DNA of 64,000 nt, taken from the NCBI GenBank assembly GCA_010909165.1, contig MU008167.1:496001-560000 (forward strand), written 5' to 3'. The notes under the pieces were generated by a model. The model made no database searches, was not told the origin of the DNA, and saw nothing but the letters and a program-made list of their open reading frames with translations. The position numbers were made by a program, and so were the translations under genes. The stretch is from Anthoceros angustus (taxonomy: Eukaryota > Plantae > Anthocerotophyta). This document shows positions 1 through 11,300 of this stretch, one piece after another (the first letter of the stretch is position 1; the number at the start of each line of letters is the position of its first letter).

Positions 1-199
1 TGCGATTCGGAACGCCTGAATGTAGGGGTGGGCCAGAGCCAGAAACCTGCACCCTTCCTTGAGCAAGAGCGAAGGCGAGCTCTAGCGGGACGAGCAATAG
101 ATGAATCCAGAAGATAGGAGTTGGGTTTGGGTTTTGTTTTATTCATACCAACAGAAAAAAAGGAAAAAGAGTTTTAAAATGAAGAAGAAAAGGGTGCAG

Positions 200-630
200 C
201 ACCGGGACTTCCCGGGACCGAGAGGGCCTAGCTTCCTGGAAAAGCCGTTGGCGCCAAGGCCTCCATGGCCAAAAGACCTACGTCACCAAAAGTGACAAGG
301 AGGGACGCCTGTCACCGCGCCAGGTCCCCGGCCACACATTCTAAGGAACTTGGGCCAATAATGTCTCCCAGAGACTGCATAACTTGCTTGTCAAAATCTC
401 CAAGTTGAGAAAGACAAAATGGAGAGGGGGGACAGTACGAATGAGGTACCCAGGGCGGCGCGCGAAGCAGGAAGAGAGGATGCCGAAGGCCACCTGCGGG
501 TCGCCCAACCTAGAGAGGTCGTTGATATGCGCAAGATCCTCTTTCAAAGCAGCATCCACAAATTCTTGTATAAAGCCCGAGAGCCGACCGAGACTCCAAG
601 GACCCGCAGCCCTTTTGGAGAATCAATACC
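200..630 (-). mobile_element. CRE-clade non-LTR retrotransposon fragment (RT thumb region), decayed
   Basis: Minus-strand translation across frameshifts gives GLRVLGVSVGS..IQEFVDAALKE..LGDPQVAFGILSSCFARRPGYLIRTVPP and then ASLLVTFGDVGLLA..APTAF. These match the G-VLG-P-GS, Q-A--LL--C---R--YLLRT-PP and LP---GGLGL motifs of CRE/SLACS-like RTs. Confidence 0.7.
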
Positions 631-967
631 CCATAGTTATCAATTCCAGAGTTATCCAATCGGATCATGTTGTCAGAGTTTCCAATCGGATCATGTTTTG
701 ACACGTCAAAAAAGTTCCTCCGGAAGATCATCATGCATAATTAGTCATCGAAATCTTAGGTTTTCATAGGTCATTTCCTTGTAAGTTAATTCCCATTAGA
801 GCTTCCTTCCTCTTTCTCCCCTCCTCTTATCTTGATTAAAATAGTTCAAGTCAACACCAACAATGAAAGTAAAACATGTATATTAATTATTATTAATATA
901 ATAACAATCTTTTACTGGAGACCAAATTTGTAAGAACACTTCATTCCTACTCCGAATCCATGTCCCT

Positions 968-1245
968 CGGGATGCGATTGCAAGACAACCAGGTCTGGAG
1001 TTGTCACATCGGAGGCGATTGCAAGACAACCAGGTCTGGAGTTGTCACATCGGATGCCATCGCAAGACAACCAGGTCTGGAGTTGTCACATCGGCTGCTA
1101 TTGCAAGACAACCGGGTCTCGAGTTGTCACATCGGATGCAATTGCAAGACAACCAGGTCTCGAGTTGTCACACCGGCTACTATTACAAGACAAAACCAGG
1201 TCTCGAGTTGTCATATCGGATCCAATCGCAAAACAAAAAAGTTTC
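968..1245. repeat. 41-bp minisatellite, about 6-7 copies, with an internal palindrome
   Basis: Unit TCGGATGCGATTGCAAGACAACCAGGTCTGGAGTTGTCACA repeats directly. The core GACAAC-CAG-GT-CTG-GA-GTTGTC is self-complementary. Confidence 0.9.
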
Positions 1246-1658
1246 AAGTTGTAGACGCTAGTGGCATGCAGCATTAGGGCCGCGTGCCGCTGGAACTTGT
1301 TGGGCTCGTTTCGTAGACTACAAGCTCCACGTCCTCTCACACGGACATTGGAAGTTGGAAACCGTTGGTGCAACAACTCATCTTATACAATGCCTTTCTT
1401 AATTGACTTAATTAGATTTTTTTTTTTTTGTCCTCGTGGGTCAGCGTCAAAGACCTGCGTCAAAACAATCAAGGGCGTGCTTCGCCCGACCAGCACGGCT
1501 TCTAATGGGCTCTTCTTCAGTGACTTGCTTGTCTTGACCGTGACGCGAATTCCTTCACAAGGAGTTCGACAACATTTGGTTTCTTCAACCGTGGACCCTT
1601 GTGGGGTGGCCGGACTGTGTGTGGAAAGCCCGACTGCCCGGATGAAAGAAGGCTCAGC

Positions 1659-3023
1659 ATGCCGAGAGGCAAAATGCGCAAGCTTGAAGATCTAAGTGCA
1701 TCGGCATGGGTTTTGTCGCAGCCCATCTGGGCATTCCCGTTACCATCTGTTTCCTCTGCTTCTCCATCGCTGCATCTGCTGAACCTGCAGGCGATTACAC
1801 GGGTTGTACAAGATCTGGAGCTTCCGCCGGGTGATGGGTGGCCAGCCAATTCCGATCCCTGCTCCACCTGGAATGGTTCAATTGGATGTGACCCGACGGG
1901 GACTTACATCATCAACATTACTCTCAACAGTCGGAATCTCAATGGGATCGTGCCTCCAGCCCTGGCCAACCTGACCCAGCTCACCCTTCTCGATTTGAGC
2001 AACAACAATCTCCGAGGAGGCATCCTGGACTCCATCGGAAATTTGAGCAGATTAGTGACACTGAGTTTGGGGCTCAACAACCTCACAGGACCCATACCGG
2101 AGGCGATTGGAGGGCTGGGAGCGAGTCTTCAGTTCTTGTATCTTGATAACAACCAGCTGTCTGGACAGATTCCGGCATCCATTGGCAGCTTGACCCATCT
2201 CGCTGAATTGCACTTATACAGCAACCAGCTGGATGGGGAAATACCGGCTGAGCTTGGTGGGTTGTCACACATTTACGATTTGCAGCTGCAGTCCAACAAG
2301 TTGTCTGGAGAGATCCCTACAACTCTGGCTGGCTTGAGCCAGCTGAGTGCGGTGAAGCTCGGCAACAACCAGTTGTCAGGTATGTTGGTCTTGGAATGGA
2401 GTATTGTTTTTGCAGAATAGATCCTGACTAGTCTGGCTCCCTTGATGACAGGGCTTCTCAACCTGACAGTCCTTGAGGCTTGGGGGACGACCCTTCGATA
2501 TCTGTACCTTCAACGGAACAACTTCTCAGGCAACATACCAGCTATGGATGGAACAAGATTCGTCAAGTTGGAGAAGCTCAACCTTGGCTTCAACCAATTC
2601 AACGGGACGCTTCCCCCGTCCATTGGGTCCATATCCACCATGACCTCATTCTTTGTGGGTCATAATCTGCTGGAGGGGAGTATTCCTGGAAGCTACACGA
2701 ACCTGATGGGGATGGAATACATGGACATCTCCCATAACGGCCTGTCTGGAAGCCTGGATGGCATGACAGGAATTGGACTCAACAAACAAAATCGACAGTT
2801 CGACTTCACATTCAACGATCTGGATGTGGGCGGAGCCCCTTCAAATCTTGTGCAACAGAATAACACACTCTTCAACTGTCTGGAATCTGGGCCCTCTCCG
2901 TGTGTAAGATACTTCCCAGGGAACAACAGAGGATTTGCTGTTAATGTAGGAGGTGCCATCAAGCTTTTCCACATATCTAGGCGAGCGCATCCATGGGCTA
3001 CAGGTAAAAAATATGAACTATAG
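1659..3023 (+). pseudogene. LRR receptor-like protein/kinase ectodomain fragment (LRR-malectin type), disrupted and truncated
   Basis: LRRNT cap (W..SDPCSTWNG.I.C) followed by more than 10 plant-type LRRs (L.L..N.LSG.IP). There is an in-frame TAG at 2418-2420 that neither nearby AG acceptor removes. The ORF ends just after FAVNVGG (start of a malectin domain). No TM or kinase follows. Confidence 0.7.
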
Positions 3024-3559
3024 CTAGTGCCTCCTCTTCTTTCGAACCTCTCCCTGGGCTGACTTGGCAAACTAAGGGCCACGCTCAACACTCGGTTATT
3101 GAGATTCCGATCTAATCGTGGCACGAGACCCCTTATTCACAATCTGACCGCAAACGGTGATCTAAAAGATGAGGAATGTGCTTGGGTCTCCGCTCAGTTA
3201 AACCAGGCACATTCGCATCATTTTTCAGACAACACACTCCGGTCCACTGACACTGTTGTCCGTGGCTCTGATAACAATGTAACGTTGCAACCAGGAACAA
3301 GCTGCCCCCTTCAGCGGGGCGTACTCTATTTATCTTGTCCGTAGCCCCCTCTTGTGGCATGCGAGTCATCATGCTCCAGGGGGCGTCCATGTATCACTTC
3401 AACTTTCTACAACTAATTATCGGTATTCATTGTGGCTAATTACTATACGGTACTCTACTCCATAGCACCCGTTACACACACCCTAACTAATGGATGACAA
3501 ACCATTTCACTTTGCCTCGCCTTTCCAACATAATAATTAAAAAAATAACAACAAATGAC

Positions 3560-3897
3560 CATATCACTTTACCTTGGCCGCAGCCAGTAAGGAAGTTTAC
3601 GGTGCATACTAGGCTCCAATGATGACTCGCAGGCCACTTCCTCGAGGTCCTGCTCTTTATTCACAGAATACATACTTGAGTCCAGCTATCTACGTCCTAT
3701 TGGCTACTACCCTTGACTCAAAGACAAGCTCACTACCTAGGCTCTCCACAACTCTCTCAACACAAGGCTTGCAACCCACCAAATGATGATTACTTAAAGC
3801 TCTTGTCTGAAGCATGCAACACATACATCTTCTCAATAAGAAACCTACTAATTAAATTTTTACCTCTTTTAATTTTTAATGTTTCTACCTTATTTCC
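3560..3897. mobile_element. Internally deleted, diverged copy of the LTR-like repeat at 49032-49783, in opposite orientation
   Basis: For example ggctactacccttgactcaaagacaagctcactacctaggctctccacaactctctcaacacaaggcttgcaa is the reverse complement, with substitutions, of about 49360-49435. The 3790-3897 segment matches 49035-49130. Confidence 0.75.
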
Positions 3898-4122
3898 TGG
3901 TACCGTTTAAAACGCTTCAGAACTTCAATGAAAAACAATAAACAATCATAAATATTTCAAAGTAATATAACTGCAGATTTTCTATCCTTGTATATAACCG
4001 TGCACCCAGGATTGGACACGAACTAAAACGTGTTTCTTGCGTAGGTACACGTCACAAATTTCTGGGATAAGGCAGTCGTTGCAGAATTAACGGAGGAAAT
4101 CGTTCCACATTGTGATGAGAAA

Positions 4123-7035
4123 TCATCGTTTTCTATCGACACTCTTTCGGTCTCTATCCCGATCACGATCTCGGTCGCGGTCCCTACCGTCTCGATCTCT
4201 ATCCCTGTCCCTGTCTCGGTCCCGTTCCCTGTCCCGATCTCGCTCCCTCTCCCTCTCGCGATCTCGATCCCTTTCACGATCTCTGTCTCGATCCCTGTCT
4301 CGGTCCCGATCTCCTCGGTCACGATCTGATCTCTCTCTGTCCCTATCATCCTCCCTCCCACCATGCTCCATTTCTCTTTTGAGATCTAGCTGCCTAGTTC
4401 GGTCATCGTCACGCTCCTTCGTGTCGCGTGAGTCTTTCACCTTGCGAAACTCAGCCTGCTTGAGCTCCCTCTGCACAAGCAGCAGCTGCCGCTGCAAAAA
4501 ATGGACCTACAGGTTCGCGCGTTGAGATGGTCAGCAAGATGAGTAGCCAAGAAATGTGATACGAGCAAACAGTTTAGTATTCAGATAGGACCATACCATT
4601 TGCTGATGTTTTTCTCCATCGTCAATCAGGTCTTCCACATAATCAAACAGCTCTGCAAGTCCCGAAGTATACACTTCAGATCAGAAAAGGGGTAAACCAC
4701 TAAAACATAGCAAGTTCATCCCTGGAAAGGTGTTCTGCTTTAGTGAAAGCATATCCTCACCTTGATATCCCCGTTTCAATTCTGCGTTGAGAGATTTTTG
4801 AACTGCCAACTTGGTCTCCAATTCATGGATCTGCATGAGATACCACATCCGAAAATGGAATCGGTTGATGATACAGTGAGAAACCCGTTTCAGAGCATAG
4901 GGCATCACCGACAATATCTGGCAACAGCTGGTTGACAGGCCAACTGTAGTTACAAGCCATCGTACCTTCCCTTCCGATGCCTCCCTTCCAATCTCCTCAT
5001 TCTCCTCTTGTAATGTCCGGCATTTGGCCATCAGCATCTTGCCATTCTTGCTGTGCGGAGTGAACTGAACGGCCGCCAAATCATCTTGAAGTTCTTTTAC
5101 TTTTTTGTCTGCCGCCTCCAGTTGTGACTGTCAACAAGAAATCACCGGTTTTGTAGTGTCCTTGAACACGCTCATAGTTCTTCTGCCACTCAAAGAAATG
5201 CGGCTTGTAAATGGTAATACCTTCATACGGGTGAACTCAGCGTATATAGCTGGGTCAAGGAGGAGCTGTCTAGCCTGGTAGCAAAAACAAATTACACGCA
5301 TTAGTTAGTGAACCACCAGGCATGAATTCATCCATGACAGAGGACTCACAATAGGTACCTGCAACATGGGAGGCTTCACCATCTGCTTCAGGTCATTGGT
5401 ATAGGCCTTCAACATATCCAGGAAAACTATTAGAAACCACTTAGATACAAAGGTTTGATGTCACATAGCACACGCTTGTTCCAGTTGGAAGATCACCAGG
5501 TCTAGCCTTTTGACCAGAAACTCAGACATAAACTGCATGATTTGCAAATTTTGCACTAAAAGGTTCTTCTCACCTTTACTTCGTTTAATTCTTGCTCCTT
5601 TGATGCTAGTTTAACAATCATAGCACCTTCTCTCCGTTTACTGAGCAACACCTGGGACATAAACGAGCCAATCAGACGACATTGAACTGCACATGCAGAA
5701 GGAATGAAATAACAGCTTTTTGTTGACAAATATCAAGTTTGGGCACGGTGGCCTCAAGTGCAAGTGCAATTTGGATCTAACGTGGAGCCCCAAACATACA
5801 CCAGCTCTAAACCTGTTCTTTCATCTGGCGTTCAGAGCTGTTAAGGCGCTGCAATTCCTGCACAACTGCTTCAGGTTCTACAGCCAGACCAAGCCATCCA
5901 GGATGAGACATTGTTTGACTGAATCACAAACAACACACATTGAGTGTCTCATTTACGTGAGTATCAAACATGCTTCTCTGTCAAAGGAAGATACTGCTGC
6001 CTGGACAAACTGAAATTATAACAGCAAGATTAGTGTCCACACTAGAAAACCATGAGTTCACCTGGGGTCGAATCAGCAGATACGAAGGGTTCATCACGAA
6101 AGGCCACATGCCACTGCTCAAGGTTTGCTTTTGTGAAATCGAGATTTGCCTGTTCATAGGAGTCTCAGTTCGCTATCAAGATGCGACTGTCAAGCAACGC
6201 CGCAAGCTCCAACATCATTCAAACCCTACAAGAGAGCAGCAGCAAATTCTAATGTTCACACCTGCAAAGACTTGATTGAAGTCTCTCGGTCAGCAAGGCT
6301 GCAACAAGCCAAAATCCATGTCCCACATGTCAGATAACAAGAAACTGATGTGTATTCTCATCTTGCATTGTACATTTCATAGAAGAGAAAACGTGCCTCA
6401 TACCTGGCTCGCAGGTTAAGGATCGTGGTGGTGGCATGATCAGGAGCTCCACCAAGTGAACCACCGTAGATCTATTCATATGCATAACTTTCAGGTCAGC
6501 ATGTCCCAATACAAGCCCAGTACCAACCAGCCAACTCTGCTCTCAGCCAGGAAGCTTTCTGTGCAACCAGTAGACTGACTCACTTACTCCAAGAAGAAAA
6601 AAGGCCGCAAGGAAATCCCAGAAATACCTTTTTGGCGGGGTATATCTCTTCGTCCTCGTCATCAAGCTCCGAGAAGGCTCTCTTTCCACCTGAGCCCATG
6701 TTTAAACAAAAAGGAGAGTCAAAACCAGGAGCAAAAAAAATCCTACAACAGGCCATGAAGCACTAGCAAACACGCTCACCTACGCCTTTGTTATCATCGC
6801 CATCGTCTCCACCAAAATCAAAATCATCCTGCATAAACACTGGACCTCAGATCCTGGCACAAGCCATCCAAGTAGAGCACACAACATCGTGCCAGCTTTC
6901 CTTCATTTCATCCCACACGACTGTCTCCTCATCTGGCAAAACCCAGGGCTAACCCACTAAAGCCTCGAAGGCCTGCTGGATGCTATGTTTTCTGCCCCGG
7001 AAGCCGGATAAAGGGTACTGGTAAAAAGAGGCCAT
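4123..7035 (-). CDS. FIP37: FKBP12-interacting protein 37 / WTAP homologue (m6A writer subunit), about 12 exons, with an RD/RE-repeat C-terminal tail
   Basis: GT-AG-bounded exons translate to DDFDFGGDD, GGKRAFSELDDEDEEI, WHVAFRDEPF, EPEAVVQEL, ARQLLLDPAIYAEFTRMK, AAVQFTPHSKNGKMLMAKCRTLQEENEEIG, IHELETKLAVQKSLNAEL, ELFDYVEDL and VHFLQRQL. The start codon at 7035 is tentative. Confidence 0.92.
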
Positions 7036-8137
7036 GCCCTCACCGTCCAACCACTCTCGGCTTCCAAAAAAGCGCATTCCTGCCAAACCTCAGATCCCAT
7101 CTTCCGCCACTATGGCTCAATCCACTGAAAGCAAGCGCGCAACAGTAAGACAGTGAAGGAAGCTCACATCGTCAAACAGAGCAGGCCCTAATGGAGACTT
7201 GCCCTCAGCGTCAGGGGCTGCCATCCGTCACCACCTTCTTCAGCAATCACCGAATCCTGCACGTCAACAATTCCACCTCCACCTCTGCCTCCTTTCTTTT
7301 CCCAAGAACAAATACAAGCTCAGTCTCCGAGCGCGCTCCCGCTTCATTTCGGCTTTTCGGAGCCCGCACGCCTTTGAACTAGATAGTGCATAACATTTAA
7401 CCCAGTCAAGTCGAGTACCTACCGATAATGAAATCTCGAAGACCTACATACTACTGCAGTAGGTACCACTAGAGTACCTGGCCCGATTCCGGCCAGGAAA
7501 ACGCGAAAATTCATCGCGCCCCGGGGGTTCACGGGTCCAAAAAGTACACGAAAAAGCTCTACGAATTCGTATACCTACCTAAATTCTACTCAAATACAAA
7601 TATATATATATATACCTACAATATGTATTCTATAATTTAAGAAATGGACAGCCGCGGGTTCCGACGTCCGGATTGTTGTCCGGGACAGACGGACTGCTGT
7701 CCCGGACAAGGGGCCGACTTAAACCCCCGGCATGCATTCCGGAGGAGGGATGTCCATACAAAGGTTGCCCAGGTTGGCTATGGTAGGCCATAATCATGAA
7801 TGGCAGACTTGGTTTTTTAGTTTTGTAGGGTTTGGTCTATATCTCCGGGTAATGCAACGGAGCACACTTCCCTAAGCATGTAGGGTCCACCACCAGGCCA
7901 TGCTCCTTGCGCATGGAGCGCCCCTCATGCCCAATGTGTCGAGGCTGTTGGAGGCACCCATCGCACCTCTGGGATTCATCATTCATCCCGGCATGTTTGA
8001 GGGTGCTAGGTATGTGTGTCTTAATGGGACTTAGTACTTAACAACTTATACTTCGTCCCACTTGGGACTATTTCGTCCAAGTGGGCTATAATAGAATTCT
8101 TTTTCTTCTTTCCAAGCTGAAGTGCTTTATATACATA

Positions 8138-8390
8138 TTCGAAGTGTCGGGAGTGGCAATTCAGTGAAGATTCAAGCCCGTATGCTTCTTTTTGAAGTGC
8201 CGGGAGTGGCACTTTAGCGAAAGACTCAAGCCTGTACGCTTGTTTTTGAAGTGTCGGGAGTGGTACTTCAGCCAAGACTCAAGCCTGTAAGCTTGTTTTT
8301 GAATGCCGGGAGTAGCATTTCAACGAAGACTCAAGCTCGTACGCTTGCTTTTGAAGTGCGGGAGTGGCACTTTAGCAAAGACTCAATCCC
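8138..8390. repeat. About 52-bp minisatellite, about 5 copies
   Basis: Unit approximately TTTTGAAGTGCCGGGAGTGGCACTTTAGCGAAGACTCAAGCCTGTACGCTTG, repeated with substitutions. Confidence 0.85.
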
Positions 8391-9829
8391 ATACACTCAA
8401 CACTTGGAAAACAAGGGAGGAGTGCTCAACCATATGCTGTATCCCACAATTTCAACTTGTTTCATTCTTATAGTGGCCTTTTGTGGGTGGGCTCTCGCGG
8501 CCGATTAGCGTGCTTTCAATTCCGCCACTAGTAGATGTCTCATGTTATCGGAAATGTAGGAGCTGTCCGTTCTTGCTTCTATAGTCCTATTTTTTTGCAG
8601 GCCGAGCAAGTATCTCCTTGTTTTTTGCAGGCCGGGCAAGTATCTCCCTCCCATCCTTGTCCTGCAATTTCAATTGGCTTGCTCAATTTCTGAAATGGTT
8701 TCATTTGCTTCTTGTAAGTGGTTGCAAGAATGCCTAGCCCCATGACGAAGGCTTTAACGCATGGAAAACAAGGCAGGAGCGCCCGGCGGCCACAACCGTG
8801 TGTTGTGGCCCACAATTTCAACTTGCTTCATCCTTACATCACTCTTCTGCAGGTGGGTTCTTGTGGTCGATTAGCGTGCTTTCACTTCCACCAATCATGT
8901 TGCAGCACTCTTCCTTTACACATGCCAAGAGTAAAGTCTCTGGATTGAAAGAGCACGCGTGAAGGAGAGGCTTGTACCACACAGTCGCAAGCATCGAGTT
9001 TCAGAGAAGAACAATTGGAAATCTATTGAGCATGGCAAGGCGAGGCGAAATTGGAATGGCGGGAGCACCAATTCGTGTCTCTGACATAGAGGGCTCTGAG
9101 GATGAAGATGTTATCTACCACAACATAAAGAGAGAGCGGCTAATGTTTGATCCTTAGCCCAAACGAGAGACTCCTCCAATTGATGAAGCTCTTGCCGTGA
9201 CGACACCAGTGTCTGCTCAACTTGCAGCCTACCTCATCCCCAACACATGTCGTCGAAACATTGCTAATGCTGGAGACACTGCAGTCATGTCCGTTTGCCT
9301 TTATCAGCTACCGCACTGTCCTCGCCATGGCTGAGGTCCAAAGTGGCTGAGGAGCGTTGAGAGAGAGACTCGCCACATGAGCCAACACTGGGCAAGGAGG
9401 GCCACCAGTTGGAAGAGCGTGAAGCCGTTGTCATGCATGAGATTTCAATGCTGAGAAGGCACCTTCAACCTACTGCTGGTGCCACTGGCCCTCCTAGCCT
9501 CGCTGTCAGAGCTGCTCCCAGGCCTGCAGATACTCCCATTGGCGCTTACAATCATTTCTCACCACGTGGTCCGCTAAATGCATTGAAAGCACCTCCACAG
9601 GAAGAAGAGGAGTACATCATCCTTTATGCACCCCACAACCCAAGGCCCTACACACTTCCAAGAGGACACAGGACTATTACTATGAGGCTGCTAACCAGTG
9701 GAAACGTGATGATCTGATTCTGGAGGCCTATGTCTGCACTATTACTGGAATTCCCATTGTGAGAGAAGACTGGTTCAGGTGCGGTGGTGAAAATGGAAAC
9801 TTCATATCATTCCACAATTAAGGGAATAC

Positions 9830-10600
9830 CAATTAGCACGTTAGGTTAATTGCTAGTTTTATAATCAGTTGCAAACTATTAACTGAAAAGTCTGTATATA
9901 AACTCAACTTATACCATAAGAAAGTAACCGCTTTTCTTTTCTACTGCTTTGGCCTGTCTCACACACAAATCATCGCGCTGCCATGATTATGTATAAATTA
10001 CTTTATGGTATCAGAGCCATGACATTGCATTGTATGTCTTGAGAGGACACTTCCTCTGTATGAATAATCAACGAGGTTGCTTTCAAGATTTCTACAAGCA
10101 GACTCTTGACTCGTTTTATTGCCAGGGATGGACCAAAACGAGATTCTTCAAGAACCACTGTCTGTTGCACTAGTCTGGTCTGCATCGACTGTTAGAATCA
10201 CTATGGGCATTATCATGATCTAACTCCCCGCAAGTTCGACAAGATACCTCCATCGGATCTATAATCGTGGTTTTTCATATCAGGCATCAAATTCAAAGAT
10301 TTTTGCTCCATCACGAGGAGGCAAGCCATCTCAGAGTCGTAGACAACCGGACAGACACGAGAGGCACAATGAGATTATTTCAGCTAGCGTCAAAATTTGC
10401 CTGTTGCACGATCAGTTGGAGAAACTCAACGAAGGCATCAAGCAACTACATCTGATGTGTCAATCGATGGACAGTACATCAACTGCTATTGTACCTCCAC
10501 TTCGTCGCCTGAGTGCGACATGATGTCGCTAAATTGTTTACAAGAGTGGCTATGTTTCCAAGTTCATCATCAAACCCTCATGATTTTGATAATGTTGTTG
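9830..10600 (+). mobile_element. Ty1/Copia 5' remnant: LTR-like segment, tRNA-iMet PBS and decayed gag
   Basis: Canonical PBS TGGTATCAGAGCC at 10006-10018, immediately followed by ATG. TATA-like motifs lie upstream (~9893). Downstream is a gag-like coiled segment (HDQLEKLNEGI) with stops. Confidence 0.55.
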
Positions 10601-10859
10601 ACATGGATGCTGGAGGAACTGGATGTGGACTTTGGTAAGAACGATTCAGACGATGCAAAACTCTCGCCGACGCCGACATTTCAACCTACTATCAACCTCG
10701 GTGGAGGAGCTTTGCCAGGTAACCCTGGTATGATAAGCGGTGGTTCACAAAACGCGATCACTCACACTTTTGTGAATCAACATTTTGTGTATGTATACCA
10801 AACATAGCAAAGTGTGAAAAAGACTCGTCAAGTAGTGAAAAGCTTTGACTTTGTGCAAC

Positions 10860-11300
10860 TGCTCTTATGGGAGGAGGTTTTGCTCATATCTGGAACAAAG
10901 ACGACATCATCTAAGAGCAAGGATGACCCACCTAGCTAAGGTATGCTAACAGTACTAATCTCTTTTACCTCAACTCCGCATAGCTCGCCAATGTAGACCA
11001 GATGTGGTGAACGCTGCTTTTGAAAGGTTGAGAATAGCTCCCGGTTGTTGCAGACATGCGTCGTCGCACCAGAATCAAAAAGCCACATAGACTAGGTCAG
11101 TCACACAGACTGTCAGTACAGAGCTGCTACTCTTGTGTTGTTGATGCTGCGAACTATAAGCCTTGTCATCTTTTGATGTTACATATACTTCATCCTTAAG
11201 TTCCTTCTTCGGGCTCACCAGCCTTTTTGTTGCGGAACTCACGTCCCAATGCCTTGAAAATTTGCACTTGTTGCAGTTGCCTTGGCGCTTGGTGGTAGAA
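10860..11300 (-). mobile_element. Ty1/Copia gag zinc knuckle and aspartic protease remnant
   Basis: The minus strand gives GNCNKCKFSRHW (degenerate CCHC knuckle, ~11230-11285) and then VAFDSGATTHVCNNRELFSTF..LLLDDVVFVPDMSK (Copia protease DSGA motif, ~11053-11080). Confidence 0.8.

Noticed and set aside
968-1245. CRISPR array (palindromic ~29-bp repeats with variable linkers)
   Set aside because: The linkers are only 12-13 nt and homologous to each other, there are no cas genes, and the context is eukaryotic.
4112-4525. Plus-strand SR-rich ORF resembling an SR splicing factor
   Set aside because: It is the antisense shadow of the FIP37 RD-repeat exon and has no RRM.
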